From a bacterium (lineage in GTDB: Bacteria > Bdellovibrionota_C > UBA2361 > SZUA-149 > JAGRAN01): 64,000 nucleotides of DNA. Shown piece by piece: positions 19,763 through 28,857 of this stretch. Under the pieces are notes generated by a model, which did not search any database, had not been told where the DNA came from, and saw only the letters and a program-made list of their open reading frames with translations. Position numbers and translations under genes: made by a program. The DNA lies in the NCBI GenBank assembly GCA_030431555.1, contig JAUIIP010000001.1, forward strand, positions 2,062 through 66,061, read 5' to 3'. The stretch's first letter is position 1; each line of letters opens with the position of its first letter.

Positions 19763-19871
19763 AGGTGAGGAAGCAGGCGGCATGCCTCAGGCTTTGCGAC
19801 CGGCGCTCGTTGCTCCGGTCGTTCCAGCAGAAAGCCTATTTGTTACGGTTACTCCGTAGGCTTCCTCACCT
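19763..19871. ncRNA. Candidate four-way-junction structured RNA between convergent genes
   Basis: P1 aggtgaggaagc/gcttcctcacct (12 bp) encloses aggc/gcct, aggcttt/aaagcct with inner gcgaccgg/ccggtcgt, and tacgg/ccgta. Confidence 0.4.
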
Positions 19872-19891
19872 AACCCAGGATTTTTGCGTCT

Positions 19892-21139
19892 TCAATTTAC
19901 CGGAACTGAAATCTTTCCGTCTTTGCTGTGCTGGTAATCCAAAAAGATATGCTCCGCGGACGGTAGTTGGTAGGTGCCGTCGGGCAAAAGATTAGTCGTA
20001 TCCTTTAGGCGATAGACATAGTGTCCGCATGTATAGCAGGTCGACTTGGCAAAATGGTGGCAAAGACAAATCTTGCCGCAGACCGAAAGTTTACGCCCGT
20101 TCTCGTCAAGGCCGGTTTCTTCGTAAGCATCTATGTAGGCGCAGGTTCCCTCCTTCGAGAGAACGTAACCAAATGTTTGGCACTGCGGTCGAATGTTCGA
20201 ACCCAGGCAAGGGCTGGTTTTGAGATAACGCATCAGATAGCCGGTGGGGGAAATACTGCCGACAGTAACTTCATCCTCAGTCGCGCGTATGTAGGCTTGC
20301 TTCGCCTCAGGCGGTAGACCGGCTTCCTCTGCAATTGTAAAACGCGTCGCCACCTGAACTGCTGCGGCACCTGCCGCCAGGTAACTCGCTGCATCACCAC
20401 CTGTGAATATCCCCCCAGCCGGAATGACTGGAATGTTCAGGTCGTTTTCGCTTAAGTAGCTGAGAACCTCCTGGCAAATCGCTCGCAGCGAAAAGTCCTT
20501 CCAGTCATCTCCAAAGCCCAAATGACCACCCGCAAGCGGTCCCTCTACGACAACATAATCAGGCAGCCGCCGTGACTTTTGCGCAGCTCGCAAAAAAATC
20601 TTTAGCGCTCTCACACTAGAAACAATAATACCGAGCTTAGCGTCTCTGAAACGCGGATGCTCGGCCATTAGTTGAAAACTGCCTTTATGAAGACCGGCGG
20701 AGAGCGTAATACCATCGATTCCTGCATCTAAAGCGCTCAATAGCCTCGTTTGCAGCGTCTCACGGCTCTCGTGCATTGTGAGCTTTTCCATGACATTCAG
20801 AAAAACACCGCCGCTTCCCGACTTGCGCTGCATAGTGTTCTGCACGTGGTTCAACTGAGCCTCTCTGACGTGATCAAGGTCAAAGAAAACTTTGCTCTTA
20901 TCCGGATTTTCTGCGAACTCCTGATACTTCTTCCCTTTCTGACTCGAGAAATTTGTACCGTAGCTGCGGTCAGAAACGAATTGGTTCATCGCATCGGAAA
21001 TATGACCGATGCCGCCGAGGCGCGCTGCCTCCAAGGCAAGCTCAGAAGTTGATATGTCGACGCCCATACCCCCAATAACAATCGGGACATATTCGTGGTC
21101 GCCCAGCTTCAGTTGATAGTCGTTAACACAAGCACCCAT
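19892..21139 (-). CDS. Nitronate monooxygenase / FabK-FabX-like FMN oxidoreductase with Cys-rich C-terminus
   Basis: PIVIGGMGVDIS, VVEGPLAGGHLG, PVIPAGGI, GAAAVQVATRF. Confidence 0.88.
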   Translation of the reverse strand: MGACVNDYQLKLGDHEYVPIVIGGMGVDISTSELALEAARLGGIGHISDAMNQFVSDRSYGTNFSSQKGKKYQEFAENPDKSKVFFDLDHVREAQLNHVQNTMQRKSGSGGVFLNVMEKLTMHESRETLQTRLLSALDAGIDGITLSAGLHKGSFQLMAEHPRFRDAKLGIIVSSVRALKIFLRAAQKSRRLPDYVVVEGPLAGGHLGFGDDWKDFSLRAICQEVLSYLSENDLNIPVIPAGGIFTGGDAASYLAAGAAAVQVATRFTIAEEAGLPPEAKQAYIRATEDEVTVGSISPTGYLMRYLKTSPCLGSNIRPQCQTFGYVLSKEGTCAYIDAYEETGLDENGRKLSVCGKICLCHHFAKSTCYTCGHYVYRLKDTTNLLPDGTYQLPSAEHIFLDYQHSKDGKISVPVN

Positions 21140-21268
21140 TCTCGACTCACTACTCCTTTGGGCGGAATGCTTCAAGGAGAGGTTCTGGGGATAGTTGAAG
21201 TATTTATTCTACTACTGGCCCTGCGCAGCGATTTTGCTCGCTAAAATCCGAATAAAGAAACATTAAGT

Positions 21269-21889
21269 TTAAAACAGCGGAGGCAGGAAGATAATGAACA
21301 AATCAAAGATTAGGTTGCTTAAATAGTGCACCAAGAATCCCGGCAAAATACTTCTGCAGCGTAAATTGGCCCAGCCGACACCGTAAGCAAGTCCAAAAGA
21401 GTACGGTAGCTCCAGCCAGGGCTTGCCCCAGTGGGCTAACATATAAATTATTGCGTGGAGAGAATTAGCATGCCTCTCGGGAAGGCTGAACAAGAGCAAA
21501 CCGCGAAATAAGACTTCGTTGCCGAAAACCCTGATCGCAATCACTGTGTGGTAAATTGCAAAATTATGCAGCGAATCAGTGGCAGGCTTCCAATGCGGAT
21601 AGTAAGCGCGAAAGTCAGCAGAACTAGCGAAGTATGCAACAAACGGCGTAAGCGCAATAAGCAGAACTACGCTAAGAGCTATGCCTTTAGAGACATCGCC
21701 GAGCTGCAAACCATAATCCCTTGGACTCTGTCGTGCGAAAGCCAAGACAAGCAGCGGGAGCACGATAGTCAGCAGTATCTCTACACCTAGCCCGGCAAAG
21801 AATCCGCCTTGGTGAAAGTATGAGATAAGCACCAGCAGCAGCGCCGCAAGGCTGACGCATGTACGTATTGAAATTCGTCGGACAAACAT
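21269..21889 (-). CDS. CPBP (Abi/CAAX) intramembrane glutamic endopeptidase
   Basis: NEVLFRG, YMLAHWGKP..E, SILPGFLVH motifs in a multi-TM protein. Confidence 0.85.
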   Translation of the reverse strand: MFVRRISIRTCVSLAALLLVLISYFHQGGFFAGLGVEILLTIVLPLLVLAFARQSPRDYGLQLGDVSKGIALSVVLLIALTPFVAYFASSADFRAYYPHWKPATDSLHNFAIYHTVIAIRVFGNEVLFRGLLLFSLPERHANSLHAIIYMLAHWGKPWLELPYSFGLAYGVGWANLRCRSILPGFLVHYLSNLIFDLFIIFLPPLF

Positions 21890-22004
21890 AAATCCCAACT
21901 ACCAGGCAAGTTGAATCGCGGCAATTAAACTTAGGTAGTCAAAATGTAGAAAAAGGCGGCAAAACGGCAAAGAGCTTTCATTAACCTTTGCGTTTTACAG
22001 CGGC

Positions 22005-22041
22005 GGCCTGGCCTTCGGTGTTTTAAGTCGAAGGCCAGGCC
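22005..22041 (-). terminator. Hairpin downstream of the 22058-22756 gene
   Basis: ggcctggccttcg / cgaaggccaggcc, 13-bp perfect stem; second hairpin at 21961-21996. Confidence 0.6.
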
Positions 22042-22057
22042 CGACTCGTCCGAGAGA

Positions 22058-22756
22058 CTACGCGGCGGTCAGCTCACGGAGCCGGTTGTAGAAGACGTCC
22101 CAGGGATGAAGATCCCGCGTACGCTCTACCTCGGCATGGTACAGCGCCTTGTTAGAGGCCCGGCCACCGATGCGTCCAGCAACTCGCAAAGCAACCGGCT
22201 CGAGAATCTCGAGAATCCGCGCGGGGTCCAGTTCCTCACGCGTTGCTGCAAGCAGATCCGGATCGGCGTGGTAACGCAGCCAGCTCTCTTCACCAGACGC
22301 GGGAACAAGCGAGACCTGCAGATACGGCCCGTGCTCGTCAGACCCGGCTGCCAACACGATCTTGCTGCCGGACTCGACATCGATACAAGCCTTCATGGCA
22401 TTCTCGATCATCCAGTCCCAGCCAATTGCTTCTCGACAGGCACCCTTTGCAAAGCAGCCGCCGCAGACGGGCTGGAGCGCATGCTCGATGAACGGCAGCG
22501 AGTGACTCCCATGCAGCTCGAGCATCCAAGCGAAGGACGCGAGAGCCGCCTCTGCCCTTGGACCGCCAGAAGCCTGGAAACGAGTGAGCAAGTCACGTGC
22601 ATGTTCGGTGACAGCAGTGAGCGCACCGGCAAGACAGTCCGTGTCATGGTTGCAGTGCCGTGCACCATCGCAGAGCATTTCGAGAAACGCTCCGGTCGCC
22701 CCCATTCCAGCGAACTCCTGTTGATCTTCCGGCCTTCCAAAAATTGTCGGCCTCAT
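22058..22756 (-). CDS. Hypothetical protein with degenerate histidine-kinase-like motifs
   Basis: AAGGAGG SD before ATG 22756; CNHD (H-box-like), MIENAMKA (N-box-like), no DxGxG. Confidence 0.6.
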   Translation of the reverse strand: MRPTIFGRPEDQQEFAGMGATGAFLEMLCDGARHCNHDTDCLAGALTAVTEHARDLLTRFQASGGPRAEAALASFAWMLELHGSHSLPFIEHALQPVCGGCFAKGACREAIGWDWMIENAMKACIDVESGSKIVLAAGSDEHGPYLQVSLVPASGEESWLRYHADPDLLAATREELDPARILEILEPVALRVAGRIGGRASNKALYHAEVERTRDLHPWDVFYNRLRELTAA

Positions 22757-23124
22757 ATGTGCACCTCCTTGGTTACGGTTAGGGATCGCGGCTCGCCAGC
22801 ACTCTGCATGCAGCAGCACTGAAGAGCCGAGACCAGCCGCAAAGGAGTAAGCCGAGAACCTTTCCGCTCTATGCCGATTGCCCACCCGAAGCGATTCGGG
22901 AGGGCATTCGGAATCCAAATTTCCATTAGAAATCTTATAAAAGAGCTTGTGGCTGGAGCGGCGCTAACAAAGCACCCACTAAAACATGTGATTCCAACTA
23001 ATTAGCTTTGAACCAGATGTTTCTCAAGAGCGCAGCCAAATGTCATGTAAACCCCTGAAAATAGCGATTAAATTATAAGGGCTGTCTGTTTCGGCCCGCC
23101 CTACTCAAGGATGCAGTTATAGGG

Positions 23125-23421
23125 ATGCGCATAACGCTTGGAAGCAATATAGCTTCGCTTGGAGTACAGCGAAGACTCGCAGAAGGAACGGCACGGCTCG
23201 GACGGTCGTTTGAACGCCTGTCCTCAGGATTGCGCATCAATCGTGCAAGCGACGACGCGGCCGGTCTCGCAATCTCAGAATCACTGCTGACAGACACTCA
23301 AGTTTACGGTCAGGCAATTCGCAACGGCAACGACGGTATCAGCCTGCTCTCGATAGCGGATGCCGCTCTTGCAGATTTGTCATCTATCGTCGTTCGGATG
23401 CGCGAACTGCGAATTCTCTAA
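23125..23421 (+). pseudogene. fliC: Truncated flagellin (N-terminal 98 aa only)
   Basis: ERLSSGLRINRASDDAAGLAIS and QAIRNGNDGIS; stops just after RMREL, 15 bp from the convergent gene's stop. Confidence 0.85.
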
Positions 23422-23436
23422 CACCGATGTAGTTTC

Positions 23437-25035
23437 CTATGGAGCTCTGGATCTTACGATAAGTCCGCTGGCGCGCATTGATTTGAGTAAATCTTGATAA
23501 TCAAGTTCATGCAGCCCGACCTTATTCGATAACGAAAGCGCTGCCGCAAGCCCGGCGCTCTCGCCCAACATCATGTAAGTCGGCTCCATTCGAAGACTGC
23601 TGTATGCAACATGAGAGGCAGAAAGTGCAACAGGAACGAGCAAATTGGATGCTTCAGCGCGCTTCGGCAGCATACTACGATACGGAATTTCATAAATCTT
23701 AACGCGCTTGGCTACCCAGCCTTCGAACTTGGCACTACCGTTCTCGTCCATGTGTATGTCAACGTGATGCGACTCCAGCGGACAAGACGCCCTGGCAACC
23801 GAATCAGGCTTATATACATCTTTCAGAAGATCCTGCTCTATAAGCACGTACTCCCCGACCATTCTTCGAGCTTCGCGAACGTATAGTTCATAGGGCCAAT
23901 TCTCGTTGTCAGTAAACTCATCTTTGCATAAGCCGTGCTTTGCCATGTTGCTTCTAAGCAAAGGGGGCACTCGATCGTCGTTGCTTAGGAAATACAACAG
24001 CCCCTGAGTGTAGCGCTTATGATCCTGCTCGATATTGCGGCGCTCGCTGTAAGATGCTTCGGGATACTCCCAGTTAGCGCCGACGTTGTCCGTAGAAAAC
24101 GCGATTCTGTTGTTTAAGTCGAACTTTCGGTTCTTCAAGGGGAAGAAGTGAAAGAGTTCTCTAAGTAGGGTATGGGGCCGACGCTGCAGAAAAGCGAGAA
24201 ACAGCTCGTAGTCCTGTGCACGATAACCCTCGGGTTTTTCAATCGGAACAAAGTTGTCCTTTTCCTTTGTCAGGCATAGGCGATAATTATACGCCATTAT
24301 TTTTTTGTCCCCACTGCCAATCTTAGCGGGGGGCTCCGGGTTCACTCGATGAAAAAATTCTCCATCCCTACGCTTGGCAGGCACATCAATTGGAAACTGC
24401 CGAGAACTGACATATGGCTGCACACCGGCGAAGCGTTCTCCGTACTGTGCATGCGACTCTCGTCCAACTGTGTATGAGACGCCGGCCGCTGCGTATAGAT
24501 CTCCCTCGTAGCTTGCGTCAACGAAAATTCGACCGGCGAAGGTCCTTCCCGCATCCGTATCGAAGCTAAGTATTCGACCCCCTTGCTTTCGGACGCTGGT
24601 CAGCGACTCCTCTCTAAAAATGCTTACTGCGTGATCTTTCGCTATTTGCTCAAAAACCTGCTCGGCAACATGCGGCTCGAAATGCCACGTGAGATGCATA
24701 CCGTAGTGCTTTCCTATTCGATTAAAAACAGACTTTGAAAAACCTCCGACTACCCCCTGGTCGCAGCGATCGCTCGCTCCAAGTCCGCTGCTCATCATTC
24801 CGCCGATATGCTTGTGATGCTCGACAACTGAAACTGTCAGACCATTCCTTGCCGCAGCCACGGCCGCGGCAATCCCGCCGGGCGTCGCCCCGTACACAAC
24901 CACATCGCTCTCGACCACTTGCGATTGCGCAAATGCTGCAAAGCAGAAGACTGCGGCCAGCATTAGGCTGACACCGCAGACGAATATGCGGACAGCGCTC
25001 ATACCTGACTTGCTAATCACCCCGCCCTTCATCAA
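23437..25035 (-). CDS. Exported FAD-dependent oxidoreductase (FAD_oxidored family)
   Basis: DVVVYGATPGGIAAA, DASYEGDL, LYVREARR, SASHVAYSSLRMEP. Confidence 0.9.
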   Translation of the reverse strand: MMKGGVISKSGMSAVRIFVCGVSLMLAAVFCFAAFAQSQVVESDVVVYGATPGGIAAAVAAARNGLTVSVVEHHKHIGGMMSSGLGASDRCDQGVVGGFSKSVFNRIGKHYGMHLTWHFEPHVAEQVFEQIAKDHAVSIFREESLTSVRKQGGRILSFDTDAGRTFAGRIFVDASYEGDLYAAAGVSYTVGRESHAQYGERFAGVQPYVSSRQFPIDVPAKRRDGEFFHRVNPEPPAKIGSGDKKIMAYNYRLCLTKEKDNFVPIEKPEGYRAQDYELFLAFLQRRPHTLLRELFHFFPLKNRKFDLNNRIAFSTDNVGANWEYPEASYSERRNIEQDHKRYTQGLLYFLSNDDRVPPLLRSNMAKHGLCKDEFTDNENWPYELYVREARRMVGEYVLIEQDLLKDVYKPDSVARASCPLESHHVDIHMDENGSAKFEGWVAKRVKIYEIPYRSMLPKRAEASNLLVPVALSASHVAYSSLRMEPTYMMLGESAGLAAALSLSNKVGLHELDYQDLLKSMRASGLIVRSRAP

Positions 25036-25110
25036 CTTTCCTCGGCTATCAAATAATTGCGAAATAGACTATTTAGCGGCAACATCGCCCTGTACACAAT
25101 TCCTTTTGAA

Positions 25111-27141
25111 ATGAAACAGACTCAACTGAAAACATTCGAATTACTTCTAGCAGCGGGCGCAGTAATCACCGCCCTGGCACTGCGTGCAGTCTTTTTTTAC
25201 ACCAGCGTCAGTCATATGCCTACCAGTACTGATGAAGCGGTCGCGGCTCTCATGGCGAAGGCCATATTCCACGGCGCGAGACCGCTTCTTTTCTGGGGCG
25301 CTCCGTACCAGTTTCCACTTGAGTCTTACCTGATGGCGCCATTTTGGCCGCTATTAGACACTAATGCCTTCGGCGCGAGAGTTGTTCCCGCGATCCTCGG
25401 TGCATTCTCTATATTTGGCTTTTGGCTCCTAATTTGCCGGGCATTTGAACCGAAGCATCGCTGGCCTGGAATCCTGCTTATACTGCTGCCTTCTGCTTAC
25501 CTAACGACGCTTCAGACCGCCTATTTCATTCCGCAGTATACAATGACGCTGGTGTACGCGTGGGTTATCCCGCTGCTGACTGTTTCTGTTCTCCGGTCCG
25601 AACGTGCGCTAATTCAGTTGCTGCTGCTTGGTTTCATATGCGGCATGGCGCTGGCCAACCACTTGTTGTCTTTGCCGCTGGTTGCTGTAACTACCGTAGC
25701 AGTTTGCTTAGGCTCGAGCTTTGGCTCTGCTGTGCGCAATACGATTCTATATTTGATATCGTTCACTCTAGGACTCGCTCCATATCTAGCCACACTCGGT
25801 AGAGCCAAATCTTCGGCCGGAACCGTTACGGACAATTTCCCGATCTCAACCGCATTTAGCCGCTTGTTCTCCGGCTTACTCAATCAAGTGCTTGAGGTGG
25901 TGTTGGGTTTTAATCTGACCCTGTTCCCGGATCTCGATCGGGCCAGCGGTATAATCGGCTTCCTTAGCGTTCCGGGGCTTTACTTGTTCTGGGCAGTGCT
26001 CATGTTCTGCAGCTGCATTAGTCTGTACCAGTTCTGCGTCAGAAGCTGGAAGGCGCGCTGGCCTACTCTCAGCATTTATGACGTATTTGTTGGCACAGCC
26101 TGGGCATGCATCATGGCGTTTGTCATCAGTAAGCGCAGCAGACCGGACGAATATCGTTACCTACTTCCGCTAGCTTGGACACTGCCGATGCTTGTTTCCT
26201 ACGCATACGCTGCATCAGCTAAGCATCTGCGATATATAATTGGAGCGTTTGCAGTCATTTTGACTCTGATGAATGCAGCAAATACGCTGAAACTTATCGA
26301 CACTTGGCGTTCGCCAAACTTCGCCTCCGGACTTCCCGAACTGCAAGACATCGCCCCGGTAATTTCCTTTTTACAACAGCAGGATATCAGTCATTGTTAT
26401 GCGTCGTTCTGGCTCGTAAACAGAATCACATACGAGACCGACGAGGCAATTACTTGCAGTCAGCCTTACAACGAGCGCTTCCCCGGCTGGCCGCTCCCCT
26501 ATCTCAAGGAAGTAAACGAAAGCGGTGTTGCGGCGTATGTGCTGACAGACACACGCTTCAGCCGATTCCCGGCAAAAAAATTCCTCAGCATGCTAGAGTT
26601 CCATCGCATTGCTCCGCAAATAAAGCGGATAGGAGTCTTCAAGGTAATGTATGACTTCCGCTATAAAGACGTTGTGAAATCCTTGACCGTCAACAGAGAG
26701 GACTTGGAGCTTTCTACGAACGACATCAACAACAGCCTTGAAAGTCTGACGGACGGCGACTCAAACACATACTGGAGAAGCGATGCTGTACAGAATCCTG
26801 GTATGCATCTTCAGCTAAACCTTAAGGAGGCGAAGACCATCCACCGGGTAAGGCTTTATTTCAATCCGCCCTCGATCGATAGAGCCCCTAAATTTAAAGT
26901 TGAAGTCAGTAAGGACGGCAGTACGTGGTCATTAGTTCGAGGCGAGATCACTCCAACTGCCGACAGAATCAAGATGACGCAGACACATCCGATTTTTGCA
27001 AGAAAAGCCAGGCAGGACATCTCTTTTGAGCCATCTCAAGCTATTGCGGTCAGAATAACAGCCGAAGAAAAGCGGGCTGATGCACCATGGGAGCTGGCGG
27101 AAATCGAAATATTTGAAGGACTGAACTCTAGGGCGGAGTGA
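25111..27141 (+). CDS. GT-C (ArnT/PMT-like) glycosyltransferase with C-terminal discoidin (F5/8 type C) domain
   Basis: DEA motif after TM1, many TMs; C-terminal LTDGDSNTYWRS...VEVSKDGSTW...WELAEIEIF. Confidence 0.8.
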   Translation: MKQTQLKTFELLLAAGAVITALALRAVFFYTSVSHMPTSTDEAVAALMAKAIFHGARPLLFWGAPYQFPLESYLMAPFWPLLDTNAFGARVVPAILGAFSIFGFWLLICRAFEPKHRWPGILLILLPSAYLTTLQTAYFIPQYTMTLVYAWVIPLLTVSVLRSERALIQLLLLGFICGMALANHLLSLPLVAVTTVAVCLGSSFGSAVRNTILYLISFTLGLAPYLATLGRAKSSAGTVTDNFPISTAFSRLFSGLLNQVLEVVLGFNLTLFPDLDRASGIIGFLSVPGLYLFWAVLMFCSCISLYQFCVRSWKARWPTLSIYDVFVGTAWACIMAFVISKRSRPDEYRYLLPLAWTLPMLVSYAYAASAKHLRYIIGAFAVILTLMNAANTLKLIDTWRSPNFASGLPELQDIAPVISFLQQQDISHCYASFWLVNRITYETDEAITCSQPYNERFPGWPLPYLKEVNESGVAAYVLTDTRFSRFPAKKFLSMLEFHRIAPQIKRIGVFKVMYDFRYKDVVKSLTVNREDLELSTNDINNSLESLTDGDSNTYWRSDAVQNPGMHLQLNLKEAKTIHRVRLYFNPPSIDRAPKFKVEVSKDGSTWSLVRGEITPTADRIKMTQTHPIFARKARQDISFEPSQAIAVRITAEEKRADAPWELAEIEIFEGLNSRAE

Positions 27142-28642
27142 GAAGCACGAACATCTTTCTGAACTCGGGAATGTCATAAAAGAACAGAAAGCAACAAACA
27201 ATCGAGCATGCGATCACGGCCTTTGTCAGGTGGCGCTCACGGTAAAGCAGCTCAGGATACTGAACCGGACTATCGGGTTTAAATCCCAAGTAAAGGTAAT
27301 AAGCCAACAAATACGCAACGAACGGCATGGAGAATACCAACTCAAGCCGATAAATTGTAACGAAGGCCATCGCTCCCGTCATAAACATCGCGATATAAAA
27401 AACAGAGCTCATGATAAGGCGCTCTTCGTTATAATAGTGAAATGACCAACGATATTCGGCCGCGCGTGCAGGGTCGCCAATCCGACGGTATTCTGCGAAG
27501 CGTTTGGTCGCCATTAGAAACGACCCAAACATCCAGTAAGCAAACAGTGCTGAAACTGGCGGAATAATACTAACCCCCATCGCATACCAGCCGATGGCCA
27601 TCCTAATTGGATTGTTAACCGCTTCGCTCAGGACATCGAGGTAAGGCACCTCTTTGGTCCTTATTGGTGGAATGTTGTACAGCGTTCCCATTATCCACAG
27701 CGAAAGGCAGGACCAACCGACCCCCTGATTTACTAGAAAACCAAAAGCGCAGCCGACTGCTCCGAGCACTATCCATTCAAGATACGCAAGGGGGATAGAG
27801 ACCCTACCTGCCGCCAGAGGCCTCATCTTCTTCACCGGGTGATGACGGTCTCTTTCGGCGTCTAAAATTTCGTTGATAACGTAATTGCTGGAAGCAACAA
27901 GACAAACCGCGGCAAGGCTTATCAACACATCCCAAACTAGAGCCCCGGTAAGCGGCATCGGAAAAAAGAAATAGGCCAGCAGCATACCGGGCAGCACAAA
28001 GACATTTTTGAACCAATGATCCGGTCTTGCAATACTTACGTAATCGCCCAGGGATGATGATTTCTCCTCAATTGAAAAGACTCCGGCTACGACGGCGACG
28101 GATCTGGCTTTCTCCAAGAGAGAAGTAGAGTTCGAAACAACATAGGCATTGGCGGCGGCACTCCAAACTTCTAAGTCGACTTCAGAGTTCGCTATATAAT
28201 CAAAGCCCTTGGAGCCGAACCGCTTTGAAAGCACTGACGCCTTGCGGGGACCGGTCAAGTTGAACGATCCATCGCTGCAAATAACATCTGAAAAGATCCC
28301 AAGGCTCTGACTTATTCGTTCAGCAACCAATCGATCGGCGCCGGTAGTCAAAATCAGCTCCCGACCGCTGCTATGCTGCTCGAGCAAGAATTCCAAAACT
28401 TTGCGGTGAAACGGCAAGTCCCCGAGGTCGAGCGGGGAACGCCGCGCAACCTGCTGTTTAGCGTATGCCTTGCCGCGCAGCACCCAGAAAGGGAAGAGCA
28501 GCAGATAAAAGAAATTTTTCCTTAAGAGTGCGAAAACACTTGCATAAAAAGTATCGACCGCAGCCAAGGTCCCGTCTAGATCAACACACAGCGGCAGTTG
28601 GTGGACCGGCTCACGAACAAGATTTTGGGGGCTGCTTCTCAT
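27128..28642 (-). CDS. HAD-like domain fused to UbiA prenyltransferase (polyprenyl-phosphate phosphoribosyltransferase-like)
   Basis: PLCVDLDGTL; RPDHWFKN; NYVINEILDAERDRHHPVKKMRPLAAG; KRFAE. Confidence 0.9.
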   Translation of the reverse strand: MRSSPQNLVREPVHQLPLCVDLDGTLAAVDTFYASVFALLRKNFFYLLLFPFWVLRGKAYAKQQVARRSPLDLGDLPFHRKVLEFLLEQHSSGRELILTTGADRLVAERISQSLGIFSDVICSDGSFNLTGPRKASVLSKRFGSKGFDYIANSEVDLEVWSAAANAYVVSNSTSLLEKARSVAVVAGVFSIEEKSSSLGDYVSIARPDHWFKNVFVLPGMLLAYFFFPMPLTGALVWDVLISLAAVCLVASSNYVINEILDAERDRHHPVKKMRPLAAGRVSIPLAYLEWIVLGAVGCAFGFLVNQGVGWSCLSLWIMGTLYNIPPIRTKEVPYLDVLSEAVNNPIRMAIGWYAMGVSIIPPVSALFAYWMFGSFLMATKRFAEYRRIGDPARAAEYRWSFHYYNEERLIMSSVFYIAMFMTGAMAFVTIYRLELVFSMPFVAYLLAYYLYLGFKPDSPVQYPELLYRERHLTKAVIACSIVCCFLFFYDIPEFRKMFVLLTPP

Positions 28643-28679
28643 GAGCGCAATACTTACTATTACGGGCGGAAAAGGGCAA

Positions 28680-28847
28680 AATTTTTCTAATTTCTGGATA
28701 GCTATGGCTGAAGATGAAGTGGTTGGCTCAATTGGACTTATTGATATTGGAAACAATTGCGGGGTCATTCGCAAGATGTTCGTTCGCCACTCGCACCGGG
28801 GCGGAAAAGGAGTTTCGTCAAACTTGCTGAGGAGGTTGATTGAATAA
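28680..28847 (+). pseudogene. GNAT N-acetyltransferase internal fragment
   Basis: NFWIAMAEDEVVGSIGLIDIGNNCGVIRKMFVRHSHRGGKGVSSNLL is GNAT beta2-beta4 plus motif A; N- and C-terminal parts absent. Confidence 0.7.
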
Positions 28848-28857
28848 CTTTCGACTT

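Noticed and set aside
18191..19890. Downstream hairpins as integron attC sites
   Set aside because: No correctly ordered RYYYAAC...GTTRRRY boundaries and no integron integrase
17333..22822. Long antisense ORFs (e.g. 17333-17971, 22106-22822)
   Set aside because: They shadow GC-rich genes that have strong SDs on the other strand and show no protein motifs
17246..22947. boxA-like words (agctctcttcaac near 17248; agctcttttataa on the minus strand near 22946) ahead of two structured leaders
   Set aside because: Matches are loose and not clearly present before the other three solo genes; could be chance
27128..28774. ORF-track long starts (28774; also 1342, 6426, 17297, 18844, 22918, 58763)
   Set aside because: The extensions overlap neighbours or structured leaders; downstream starts have better SDs, stop-start coupling or family-typical N-termini
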